Shown piece by piece: positions 1 to 11,043 of a stretch of 64,000 nucleotides of DNA. The stretch's first letter is position 1, and each line of letters begins with the position of its first letter. Where the stretch lies: positions 512,001 to 576,000 of the forward strand of contig OY970309.1 in assembly GCA_963716395.1 (NCBI GenBank), written 5' to 3'. The notes beneath the pieces were generated by a model. The model was given only the letters and a program-made list of their open reading frames with translations. It did no database searches and had not been told where the DNA came from. Origin of the DNA: an uncultured Fibrobacteria bacterium (GTDB taxonomy: Bacteria > Fibrobacterota > Fibrobacteria > UBA11236). The translations under genes were made by a program, and so were the position numbers.

Positions 1-2752
1 CGACGCGCCACCGAACGCCGCGACAAGTTCGCGCGCTGGGTCGAGGCGCCCCCGGAAGCGCGCGCGCAGGCGCGCCTTTCCCCCGAGGTGTTGCGCGGCG
101 AAGAATTGCCCGCCGCGGAAAACGAGAACGCCCTGCTCGCCCGTTTCGGCAAGCCCGGCCGCGAAACCGTGCAACTGTGGAACCAAATCACCGACTATGA
201 TTTTTGCGCGCATTTCCGCGAACCCGCCGCGGCCACCTTGCTGGCTGCGGTGCAGCGGGCCGTGCTCCATCGCCGCGGGGCGCTGCCGCCGGCGGAACGC
301 GTTCCCCAGGACGCCACGCTGCAAATCTGGTCGGCCCCCGACGCCTATGCCGAAGCCGAAGCGGTGCGGGCGCATCTCGCCGAGCGGCTGCTGGCCGACC
401 CGGCCTTGCGCCCCGAAGACGTCGCCGTGATCGTGCCCGAGACGGGAACCTACGCGCCGGTGCTGGAAGCGGTGTTCGCCGGATCGGCGCCGCCGCGGGC
501 CGGTTCCGTGCCGGTCTGCCTGCTCGAAGCCGCTTCCGGGGAAAACCCGCTGCTCGCCGCCTTTCAAGCCTTGCTGGAATTGGCCGCCGGCCCGCTCCGG
601 CCCGGCCCCTTGCAAACCTGGATGGAAATGCCCCCGGTGCTACGCGCGCTGCCCCGACCCGGCGCGGCCGCAGTCTTCGCCCGCTTTTGGGAGCGCGCTG
701 GTTTTCGCGAGTGTTGGGATGAGGATCACATGCGGCAACAGGGGTTGCCGCCCGGCCCTTCGACCTGGGAAGCGGCGCGCGCCCGGCTGCTGGCGGGCCT
801 GGTGCTCGATCCCGCCTCCGACGCCGCCGCGGCCGCGGATTGGGCGCCGGTGGGCGAAGCCGCGGCGGCCTGGGATCGCGACGACGTGGCGGCTTGCCTG
901 GATTGGATGGAGCGGCTGCGGCGCGATCTTCAGCCCTTTCGCTCCGACGCGCCGCGCGACTACGGCGCCTGGAGCCGATGCCTGACGGATCTGCTGGCGG
1001 GCTATTTCCGCCCCGATCCCATGGACGCGCAGGAACGCCGCGGCGAAACCGCCCTGCGGCGCTTTTGCGCCGACCTGGAAGCCTGGAACGGGCTGGACGG
1101 CGGCTCCGAAGCCGTGCCCCATCATGTGATCTCCGTATTGTTCAAAGATCGCTTTTCCCCGGCCGGCGGACGCCTGCCGCGCGCTCCGTTTCTTTCCGGC
1201 GGGGTGCGCATCGGATCGCTGGCCGCGCTGCGCGGCCTGCCCTTCCGGCACGTGTATTTGCTGGGCCTGACGGCCGGCGACTTTCCGGCGCCGTCCGAGG
1301 TGTCTCCGTTGGATTTGCGCGCCCTGCGCCGCATTCCCGGAGAAACCGATCCGGCGTCTCGCGATCTGTACGCCTTTTTGGAAACCCTCGGCGCCGCGCG
1401 CGAACGCCTGGTGCTTTCTTACGTGCGCCGCGATGCGGGCCGCGACAGCCTGCGGCAGCCTTCGTATGCGCTCACCGGCTTGCTGGCCTATCTCGAAGAC
1501 GACGTGCTGCCGGCCGGCGCGCCCTGCGCCATGCTGGAACTCGACACCGAAGGCCGTCCCGCCGCCGGCGGCGGCCCTCCTGCCTGGGCCGATCCCACCC
1601 CGCGGCGCGAGTGGGAATCGCTGCGCCTGCAAGCCGCCGCCGCCGCAGAGGCTTCGCCCGATTGGGCCGCGCCCCCAATGTCGAAGGGTGCGGCCGCCGC
1701 ACCGGAAGCGGCCGGGGCCGTCGATTTTCGCGACTTGGCGGACTATTTGAAAAACCCGGCGGAACATGCGTGTTTCCGCTGCTTCGGCCTGGCCTCGGAG
1801 TTCGAGTCCGAGACCGACAGCGAAGGCCCGCCGCTGGAATACGGGTCAAAGGAAATACGGCACCTTTTGGCCGAAACCTTGCGCGCCGAATTGCAGGCCC
1901 GCGCCTCGGGCGCGGAACGGCTGCAGACGCTGCTCGGCCGACGTAACCTGGAAGGGACTGCGACCGCCGCCGCCGTATGCGGAATTGGAAAATGAACGCC
2001 TCGCCGATTGTGGGAGCGACTTGCAAGCGCGTGCCGAGGCGTTGCATCACTCCGTGGCCGCGTTGGAACTGCGCTTCGCCGGCGCTTTGCGCCTGGGCCT
2101 CAGCCCGCGTCCGCTTGACCCGCCCCTGTTTTCGCTGCCGCCCTTTTCCACGGCGGTCCAAGGGCAGCCGCTGCAAATCGGCGGGGTCTTTCCGTTTTTT
2201 TTCGCCCCCGCCCGGGCGGGCGGCCCTTGGGCTTTGCTGCTGTCGCCTTACGAAGCGCAATCCCCGCTCACCGCCTATTTGCTCCACCTTGTCCTCGCCG
2301 CCGCGGCCGCTCCGGAACACGTTCCACTGCGGGGACCCTGTTTCGTGGTGGAATTCGACTGGGGGCCCGAAGCCAAGGGCGGCGGCACAATCCATCGCCT
2401 GCCGTCCTTCCCGCGGGACGAAGCCACGCGGCATTTGCGTGAACTCCTGGAAGACTTGCGCCGCGCACCCGATTTCGACCTTTTGTCTTTGGACGCGGTG
2501 CGGGAAATCCGGGAGCGCGCCGCCGCGCCCGGGCCGGAAGCCACCGTCAATTGGAAAGCGCGGCTGGAGGAATATGAGCGGGAGCAGCGCGAGCCGGGAT
2601 TTTTCGCCCCCAAGCGGCACAGCCGGCTTTTGCGCGCGGTGGACCCGGAGATCCCCGGCGACGCCCAGGCCAAAATCCAGCGGCGCCTGCTGCCGTTTCT
2701 GTTGTGGCGCGCGCAATGGGAAACCTGGACTCCGGAACAGGAAGAGACGTGA
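1..2752 (+). CDS. recC: Exodeoxyribonuclease V gamma subunit RecC; 5'-truncated by the window edge and split by a +1 frameshift near 1954-1957
   Basis: Frame +1 is open from base 1 to 1995 and has RecC-like motifs (ENALLARFGKPGRE, EAEAVR..L...L..DP.LRPEDVAVIVP, LRGLPFRHVYLLGL, FLETLGAARERLVLSY, LADYLKNP). Frame +2 (1766-2752) continues the C-terminal part, and its stop overlaps the recB start. It lies directly upstream of recB and recD. Confidence 0.88.
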
Positions 2753-5700
2753 TGCGTTGGCCCCGGGATTTTCCGCGCGTGGTGGCCGAATTGGATTTGG
2801 ACAAATCGGCTTTGCTCGAAGCTTCGGCCGGAACCGGAAAGACCTATGCCATCGAACATCTGGTGGTGCGCTTTCTGGCCGAGAAACCCGAGTGGCCATT
2901 GGAATCGCTGCTGCTTCTGTCGTTCACCGAAAAAACTGCCGGCGAATTGCGCGAGAAAATCCGGCGGCGGCTGAAAACCGAATGGCAACGCCGCGCTGAG
3001 GACGGGGCGGAGGAATTTTTCTGGCCCGCCCCCGTGCGTGCGCGCTTTTTCGAAGCGCATCTGCGCTGCGACGAAGCCTCCATCCACACTTTGCACGGCT
3101 TTTGCCACGCTGCGCTGCGCGCCCATGCCCTGGAAAACGGCGCCTTGTTCGACGGCGAAGTGATGGAAGAGCACGATCTACTCGCCGCCGCGTTGGACGG
3201 ATTGCTGCGCGGCCCCTGGGCCGGCGACGCCACCGCGCTGCGTCAACGCCTGGCGGCTTTGGCCGAAGGCCCGGCCGATTGGCGGCGCTGGCTCGTTCGC
3301 TTGGCCTCGGCCTATCAGCCCGATCGCGGCGACCGCTTGGATCCGGCACCCGATGCGGATTCCGCAGAAATCGGCGCGGCGGCCGAATCCGCCTGGCAAA
3401 CGGCCGCGGAGGAGATGCAGCGGGCCTTCGCCGCCGTGGAACAAGCTTCATTCGACTTCGCGCGTTATGGGGCGGGTTTCGGCCACTCCAAATCAGGACG
3501 TGACAATTTTCACAAAGATGCCTTGGCCGGCGCGGTCCGGGCTTTGCGGGAATCGCCCACTCTTGCCACGCCGGAATCGTTGGCCGATTTTTTTCTCCAC
3601 CTGTCGAAGAACTCCAAGGCGTACAAACATGGGTTTGCGGCCACCTTGTCCGCCGCCGCGGCCGCCGTGCCGGCCTGGAAGAGTTTCGCCGACGCCTGCA
3701 CCCGGGCCCGCGCCGCTGCGGTGCAGCGTGCGGATGCGGCCGCCGCCGCAAGCCGGCGCCGGGCTTTGGCCCACAGCGCCGGCGCCGTGCGCGCCGTGCG
3801 CGCCCGCATGGAATGGGAAAAACGCCGGCGGGGCGTGCTGACTTACGACGACATGGTGGTGCGCCTGTGGCGCGCGGCGCGCGAACGTCCCGAGTTCGCG
3901 GCCGGGTTGCGCAGCCGCATGCGGGCCTGCGTGGTGGATGAATTCCAAGATACCGATCCGCTGCAATGGGAACTGCTCCGCATTCTGTGCTGGGAAGGCC
4001 CGGAGCCGCGCCCCTTGTTTCTCGTCGGCGATCCCAAGCAGGCCATTTACGGCTTTCGCGGCGGCGACCTGAACACCTATTTCGACGCGCGCCACCGCCT
4101 GCATGTCTCGACCCTGCAGGGCCGGGCCCAGGGATTCAGCCTTTCCGAAAACCACCGCTCGCGGCCGCAACTGGTGCAGGCGCTGAACGCGGTGTTCGCG
4201 CAGGCGCCGTGGTTCGGCCGGGCCGAAGCCGCGCCCATCGCGGGCGACTGGCATTTGCCCGCCCGTTCCGACGCCATTGCCTTTACGCCCGCTTCGTTTC
4301 CCCACTCGCGCGCCGAGGAACCCGGCGCGCCGGCCGTGGTTTTGCGCGACTTCACCGGCATCGCCACCTTGACCGAAGCGCGCCATGCGGTGCTCGATTG
4401 GATCGCCCAAGGCATCGACGATCTTTTGGCGGGCGCCCGCGGCCCCTTGATTTCCGCGGCCGACGGATCGCGACGCGCGCCGGCGCCGGGCGACATCGCC
4501 GTGCTGGTGCGCACCAATGCCGAAGCCCTGGCCGCCGAGCGGTTCCTGCGGCGGCGCGGTCTTCCCTGCCGCGTACGGCGGCGCGGCGGCCTCTTCGACA
4601 GCCCGCAAGCCGATCAAATGCAGGTGCTGCTCGAAGCGCTGGAAGACGCGGGGGATCCCCGCGCGCAGGCGCGGCTCTTGCTCCTGCCTTTTTTGCGGGC
4701 GGCCGGAAGCGGTTGGCCCGCGGGCTTGCCCGAGGCTTGTCCCGAGCCCATTCGTCGCTGGGCCGAACACGCCCAGGCCCGGCGTTGGCCCGCCTTGTTT
4801 CGCGCCGTGCTGTATGAAAGCGGCTATCTGTACCGCTTGGCCGCGGAAACCCGCGGCGGCTCCGAAGTGCGCATTCTGGATCTGCTGGCGCGCACCTTGG
4901 CCGAAGAAGGCTTGCGCCACGGGCTGAGCCTGCGCGGCTTGGTGCAGCGCTTCGAGTCACTGCGCCGGGGTGAAAGCGAAGAGACCGGAATTGTTTCCGA
5001 CGCGGGCGTGGATGCACGCGTAGCCATCATGACTTTGCATTTAAGCAAGGGCCTCGAATTTCCCGTCGTATACGTCTCGACCCTGGGCCAGACGCGCGCG
5101 CCCGATTTTTACACCTTGCGCGAAAGCACAGGCTTCCGCCATGTTCTGGACAAGCACGATCTCGAGGCCCGCGCGCAATGCGAAAACCAGACGCGCGACG
5201 AAGACAAGCGCCTGTTCTACGTGGGCTTCACGCGCGCCAAATCGCTTTTGTGCGTGCCGCTTCTGCCCGCGCGCTTCAAACAGGGTTCGGGTCCTTTGGG
5301 CGGCTTTGCGGCCGACGCCCTGCGCCACGCTGCGGAAGAACACCCCGCCTGGTTCGCCTGGGAAGAGCCAGCGCCGGCGTCTTTCCGGGCCGAAACTCCG
5401 ACGCCCGAGGCCTCGGCCTTCGCCGCGCCGCCGGAGCGCGATCCCTGGGAACAGGCCGGCGCTTTCTTCCTCGAACGCCCGCGGCGCCTGGCGTCCTATT
5501 CGCAATTGGCGCGCCGCGCCCAGGACCCGGAATGGGAAGAGGATGGCAAGCGCGCGAACCGCGAAGACGATCCCCCCGGCCTGGAACCGGCCGCCGACAT
5601 GGTGACGGCCGAGGATTTGCCCCCCGGCGCGGAAACCGGCAACGCCCTGCATGAAGTGCTGGAAGGCTGCGACTTCGCAGCCGCGCTGCAGATGCCGGAC

Positions 5701-6336
5701 GCCGAAGCCCTGGGCCGCGACGCGGTTTTTGCCGCCTTGGCCGCGCCCATTCTGCGGCGGCGCGGACTGGAGGAAAAATTTCTGCCGGCCGTGGCGCGCG
5801 TGGTGTGGAATGCGCTGCGCATGCCCTTGCCCGATCCGGCGGGTGGCGATGCCGCCCCGCTGGCCGGGATCACCGAGAAGCGTCACGAGGTGGAATTCGT
5901 GTTCCCCGTAACCGGTGCGTTTCCGCCGCCGGAAGCCGCCGAAATCCGGCGCGGACAAATCCGGCGCGGCCTGTTGTGGGGATTCATCGATCTGGTGTTC
6001 CGCCGGCAGGGCCGCTATTACCTGCTCGACTGGAAATCGAACCGGTTGGACCGCTATGACGCTCGCGCCGTGGCCGAAGACATGCGCCGCCACCAATACG
6101 ATTTGCAATACCAGCTTTACGCCGTGGCCTTGGACCGCTGGCTGACGGCGCGGCTGCCCGATTACGATCCCGCGCGGCACTTCGGCGGCCTGTACTATCT
6201 CTACCTGCGCGGCGCGGGACCATCCGCCTTCAGCGGCTTCGCGCTGCGGCCCACGCCGCACGATCTGCGCGAAAGCTATCCGGCGCGGCTGCGCCACGCC
6301 CTGGGCCTTCAGACTGGGCGGGAGTCGCACGCATGA
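2752..6336 (+). CDS. recB: Exodeoxyribonuclease V beta subunit RecB (SF1 helicase plus nuclease)
   Basis: Motifs LEASAGTGKT, DEFQDTD, VGDPKQAIYGFRG, TLHLSKGLEF, RLFYVGFTRA, and nuclease GFIDL...DWKSN...YxxQ. ATG at 2752 (or GTG at 2749) overlaps the recC stop codon. Confidence 0.96.
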   Translation: MRWPRDFPRVVAELDLDKSALLEASAGTGKTYAIEHLVVRFLAEKPEWPLESLLLLSFTEKTAGELREKIRRRLKTEWQRRAEDGAEEFFWPAPVRARFFEAHLRCDEASIHTLHGFCHAALRAHALENGALFDGEVMEEHDLLAAALDGLLRGPWAGDATALRQRLAALAEGPADWRRWLVRLASAYQPDRGDRLDPAPDADSAEIGAAAESAWQTAAEEMQRAFAAVEQASFDFARYGAGFGHSKSGRDNFHKDALAGAVRALRESPTLATPESLADFFLHLSKNSKAYKHGFAATLSAAAAAVPAWKSFADACTRARAAAVQRADAAAAASRRRALAHSAGAVRAVRARMEWEKRRRGVLTYDDMVVRLWRAARERPEFAAGLRSRMRACVVDEFQDTDPLQWELLRILCWEGPEPRPLFLVGDPKQAIYGFRGGDLNTYFDARHRLHVSTLQGRAQGFSLSENHRSRPQLVQALNAVFAQAPWFGRAEAAPIAGDWHLPARSDAIAFTPASFPHSRAEEPGAPAVVLRDFTGIATLTEARHAVLDWIAQGIDDLLAGARGPLISAADGSRRAPAPGDIAVLVRTNAEALAAERFLRRRGLPCRVRRRGGLFDSPQADQMQVLLEALEDAGDPRAQARLLLLPFLRAAGSGWPAGLPEACPEPIRRWAEHAQARRWPALFRAVLYESGYLYRLAAETRGGSEVRILDLLARTLAEEGLRHGLSLRGLVQRFESLRRGESEETGIVSDAGVDARVAIMTLHLSKGLEFPVVYVSTLGQTRAPDFYTLRESTGFRHVLDKHDLEARAQCENQTRDEDKRLFYVGFTRAKSLLCVPLLPARFKQGSGPLGGFAADALRHAAEEHPAWFAWEEPAPASFRAETPTPEASAFAAPPERDPWEQAGAFFLERPRRLASYSQLARRAQDPEWEEDGKRANREDDPPGLEPAADMVTAEDLPPGAETGNALHEVLEGCDFAAALQMPDAEALGRDAVFAALAAPILRRRGLEEKFLPAVARVVWNALRMPLPDPAGGDAAPLAGITEKRHEVEFVFPVTGAFPPPEAAEIRRGQIRRGLLWGFIDLVFRRQGRYYLLDWKSNRLDRYDARAVAEDMRRHQYDLQYQLYAVALDRWLTARLPDYDPARHFGGLYYLYLRGAGPSAFSGFALRPTPHDLRESYPARLRHALGLQTGRESHA

Positions 6337-8381
6337 TGCGTAATGCCGATGTAATGGGTGCGCGGGTCGGGCAAATCGCACCGGCCTCCGAAATCCTCGA
6401 CGCCGCCGATTTTCAATTAACCGAATGGCTGGCCCGCCGCGCCGGCGCACCGGATGATGCCGCCTTGCGCGCGGTCTTGCTGGGCCTTTCCGCCGAATGC
6501 CATGCGGGCGGCACCTGTTTGCCGCTGGAGCCGGCCGCTCTGGGCGAAGCTTTGGCCGTGGCCGGCGTCGAAGTCTTGCCGGCGCCCGCAAGCGGGGATG
6601 GTCCGACGTTATGGGTCAAGGCTTTTGCGACGGCCGCGGAACAGGGACGTTACGCCGCCATTCTGGGCCGCGCCGGCGAGGTCAAACCCCTGATCTGGCA
6701 GCAGGAGCGTTTGTATTTCCAACGCTATTTCCACGCGGAAAAAAATTTGGCCCAGGGTCTGGCGCAACGCTGCGGCGCGGCGCCCTTGGTCTGCGAAGCC
6801 GCCACCGCGCGGAAAATTTTGTCCGAAGTATTGGAGGAAAAACCCTTGCGCCTGGGTCCCGAAGCCGCGCCCTTGCGGCTCACGACCGCGCAGCAATGGG
6901 CCTTGGCGGCGGCCCTGCGTGAACGCCTGCTGGTGATTTCGGGCGGACCGGGCACAGGAAAAACCGCCCTGGCGACGACCTTGCTGCGCGTGCTGCTGCG
7001 GCGGCGCGACGTCGCTCCCGCGCGCCTGCGGCTGTGCGCGCCTACCGGGTTGGCGGCGCAACGCTTGCAGACCGCCCTGCGCGCCGGCCGGGCCGCGCTC
7101 ACCGAAATTGGACAGGGTGAAAGCGATCCGGATCACGCTTTGGATCAAATTCCCGTGGAAACCCTGCACCGGCTCCTGGCCTATCACCCGCCCACCGGGC
7201 GTTTTGCGCGCCATGCCGGCGATCCCCTCGACGCCGATCTCGTGGTGCTCGACGAAGCCTCGATGGCCGATTTGTTTACCTTGGCGGCGCTGCTCGATGC
7301 CTTGCCCCCGGAAGCCGCGCTGATTCTGGTGGGCGACGCCGATCAATTACCCGCCGTGGCCGCGGGTGCGGTGCTGGGCGAATTGCTGCCCGCGCCGCGA
7401 TCGACGTGTTTGGACCGCGCGGCGTGGGAATGGGTGGCCGCGTGCTTTCCGACGTCGGCGCCGACTGCTCCCGAAGCCGCCGGCCGCGGAGCCGTTCCCG
7501 CCGTGGTGTTGGACCACAGCCACCGATCCGGGCGCGAGATTTTGCATCTCGCGGCGGCCATCAACCGCGGCGACGCCGAAGCCGCCGAACGCGCGTTGGG
7601 AGCGCCGCGCGCGGCCTCGAACTTTTTTTCCGCCGGCGCGCCCCCCCTGCGGCGCCTGGAATGGGAAGAGGAGAAAGGCAAAGAAAGTCTCGCCGATCTC
7701 GACGCTCTGCTCGACGCTTATGCCGAAACTTTTTTCTTCACCCGCACCGTGGCCGGCAAAACCTATGCGCAGTGGCTGGCCCTCCTGCGCATCGCGACGG
7801 GCGAAGCGGAAACCGCGGGACTCGATGCGCTCATGGCCTTGCTCGGCGTCACCCGCCTGCTTTCTCCCCTGCGCCATACCGGCCGCGGCTGCCTCCACCT
7901 CAACGATTTATTGCGGCGCAAATTGGAGGCGCGCTTCGATCCCGCATCGGCGTCGCCGCATACCCCCGGATTTCACGGCGCGCCTTTGCTCATCGCCCGC
8001 AACGACCCGCGCACCGGGCTGTTCAACGGCGAAATCGGGGTGTGGTTGCGGCGCGACACTGGTCTCATCGCCTGTTTCCGCCGGTCCGATCGCTGGCTGC
8101 GCATTCCGGCCGCGCTGCTGCCGCCGAATGAGCCGGCCTTCGCCACCACGGTGCATAAAAGCCAAGGTTCCGAATTCGACGAAGTGGTGTTGGTGTTGCC
8201 CGAAGCGGGAAACCGCCTGCTGACCCGGGAAATTTTGTACACCGCCGTCACGCGGGCGCGGAAGGTTGTGGGAATTTGCGGCAGCCGCGTTGCCCTCGCG
8301 CAGGCCCTGGAACAGCGCGCGCGCCGCCGCAGCGGATTGCGGGAGTTATTCGCAGCCTCCCTTCTGCCGGAAAGCGGCTGA
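6333..8381 (+). CDS. recD: Exodeoxyribonuclease V alpha subunit RecD
   Basis: Motifs ISGGPGTGKT, CAPTG, TLHRLL, DEASM, LVGDADQL, TVHKSQGSEF, LYTAVTRAR. ATGA overlap with recB. Confidence 0.96.
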   Translation: MMRNADVMGARVGQIAPASEILDAADFQLTEWLARRAGAPDDAALRAVLLGLSAECHAGGTCLPLEPAALGEALAVAGVEVLPAPASGDGPTLWVKAFATAAEQGRYAAILGRAGEVKPLIWQQERLYFQRYFHAEKNLAQGLAQRCGAAPLVCEAATARKILSEVLEEKPLRLGPEAAPLRLTTAQQWALAAALRERLLVISGGPGTGKTALATTLLRVLLRRRDVAPARLRLCAPTGLAAQRLQTALRAGRAALTEIGQGESDPDHALDQIPVETLHRLLAYHPPTGRFARHAGDPLDADLVVLDEASMADLFTLAALLDALPPEAALILVGDADQLPAVAAGAVLGELLPAPRSTCLDRAAWEWVAACFPTSAPTAPEAAGRGAVPAVVLDHSHRSGREILHLAAAINRGDAEAAERALGAPRAASNFFSAGAPPLRRLEWEEEKGKESLADLDALLDAYAETFFFTRTVAGKTYAQWLALLRIATGEAETAGLDALMALLGVTRLLSPLRHTGRGCLHLNDLLRRKLEARFDPASASPHTPGFHGAPLLIARNDPRTGLFNGEIGVWLRRDTGLIACFRRSDRWLRIPAALLPPNEPAFATTVHKSQGSEFDEVVLVLPEAGNRLLTREILYTAVTRARKVVGICGSRVALAQALEQRARRRSGLRELFAASLLPESG

Positions 8382-8569
8382 AAACGACGTATCGAGGCAG
8401 TCGCCGAAATCACAAGCAAATCACAAATAAAACTTTTCCCCATTCACGGGATTTCGGTATACATTTCGGAATGGAAGCGAAATAAACGGGAACACGCGCC
8501 ACTGAAATTGCGATTTCCGGGCGGATTACCAGTTCCTGTCTTCTTGGAAGTTTTATCCAGGACAAATAA

Positions 8570-9646
<1,077 letters not shown>

Positions 9647-9780
9647 AATTCCGGGGTGCGGTCTTAAGGGAAAAACATCCGCGCTGAGCGCGGAGTGCGT
9701 CAGAAGCGCCGCGATCCCGGCGGCAAGCATCCCCGTCTTCTTGACAGGTATTCGCTAAAAAGCTCAGTTGCACGGCATCC

Positions 9781-11031
9781 GTGCGCAATTTTAAAGACAT
9801 CACCCGACTCCTGTTAGGCCGGCGGGATTTTCTAGTACTGGTTTTCTGCAATGTCATCATCGGGCTGACCTATTCTTTCGTGCTCCCTTTCATTTCGACC
9901 TTCGGCACCAAGGAGGTGGGGATGTCCTCGGGTTTTTTCGGCATCTACATGACGGTGACCACGCTGGCGGGGATTTTCCTTTCCACCCTGTTGGCGAAGT
10001 GGTCGGATTCCCGGCTCTCCCGCAAAACCGTTTTGATCCTCGGCGGCACCTGCGGGGTGGCGGGTTATCTGGGCTATGCCTTTGTACGCGAGGTGTGGTT
10101 GTTGCTGATCATCGGCTCCACCTTGCTGGGCATCTCCGCCATCAGCTTCGGCCAATTATTCGCCCATGCCCGCGACGTGCTGAATCGCAATGACATTCCC
10201 GCCGGAGAAGCTCCGCTCTACATGAACATCTTCCGCCTTTTTTTCTCGCTTTCCTGGGTGGTGGGCCCCGCGATTTCGGCCTGGATATTGAATCACCACT
10301 CCTTCACGACCCTTTACTGTGCGGCGGCCGGCCTTTTCGCGATGTTTGTAATTGTCGTGATCTTTTTTATTCCCGCGATTCCACCTTCCGCCCAAAGCCG
10401 AAGAGCGGTCGCGAAGATTTCCACCCGGTCGCTGGTACGCATTCCCGGTCTTGTGGCCCATTTCGCGGGGTTCGTATTGTTCTTCAGTTGTTCGACCCTG
10501 TCGATGATGAATCTGCCTTTGATGATTTTAAACACCTTGCACGGAAGCGAAACGCAGGTCGGCATCGCCTATAGCGTGGCGCCGATTTTCGAGCTTCCCG
10601 TGATGTTTTACGTCGGTTTGCTGGCGACACGGCACGAGGTTTCCAAACTGATTCGCCTCTCCATGGTCATCGCGGCGGTTTACTTCGGCGGCTTGTTCCT
10701 GGTGCGCGCGCCCTGGCAAATTTATCCCATCCAAATCCTGAATACGGCGGTGGTGGCCGTGACGAGCGGCGTCGCCATCACTTTCTTCCAGGATTTTCTT
10801 CCCGATTTGGCCGGGATTGCGACCAATATTTATTCCAATGCCAACCGGGCGGGCGCCATCGTCGGGTACCTGTTGTTTGGATATCTCAGTTCCCGCTTCG
10901 GTTTCCGCTCCGTGTTTTTGGTCTGTGCTTCCTTCAGCGTCATTTCCTTCGCGATTATGCATTTCTGGAATCCCAAGCGCATCCCGATGCGGGCGCGGCG
11001 TGCGGCGCTGAGAATGGCGGAAGGGGCTTAA
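9781..11031 (+). CDS. MFS transporter, sugar efflux (SetA-like) family
   Basis: About 12 hydrophobic segments; LAKWSDSRLSRK loop motif, QLFAHARD, SLSWVVGP, FFQDFLP are typical of the SET family. Confidence 0.85.
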   Translation: MRNFKDITRLLLGRRDFLVLVFCNVIIGLTYSFVLPFISTFGTKEVGMSSGFFGIYMTVTTLAGIFLSTLLAKWSDSRLSRKTVLILGGTCGVAGYLGYAFVREVWLLLIIGSTLLGISAISFGQLFAHARDVLNRNDIPAGEAPLYMNIFRLFFSLSWVVGPAISAWILNHHSFTTLYCAAAGLFAMFVIVVIFFIPAIPPSAQSRRAVAKISTRSLVRIPGLVAHFAGFVLFFSCSTLSMMNLPLMILNTLHGSETQVGIAYSVAPIFELPVMFYVGLLATRHEVSKLIRLSMVIAAVYFGGLFLVRAPWQIYPIQILNTAVVAVTSGVAITFFQDFLPDLAGIATNIYSNANRAGAIVGYLLFGYLSSRFGFRSVFLVCASFSVISFAIMHFWNPKRIPMRARRAALRMAEGA

Positions 11032-11043
11032 CGCGCCCGAAAG

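Noticed and set aside
1940-2000. Programmed ribosomal frameshift in recC
   Set aside because: There is no canonical slippery sequence or stimulator, and a single-base error explains it more simply.
640-8443. Many long overlapping or antisense ORFs across recBCD and elsewhere (for example 640-1767, 3493-4920, 5041-6591, 55916-57283, 61782-62999)
   Set aside because: These are shadow ORFs expected in high-GC coding DNA. They are Arg/Ala/Pro/Gly-rich, have no recognisable motifs and overlap well-supported genes.
9739-9752. 14-bp identity (TCTTGACAGGTATT) between the MFS upstream region and the lexA -35 region
   Set aside because: It is largely explained by a shared TTGACA. There is no convincing -10 element or LexA box at the MFS gene, and matches of this length arise by chance in 64 kb.
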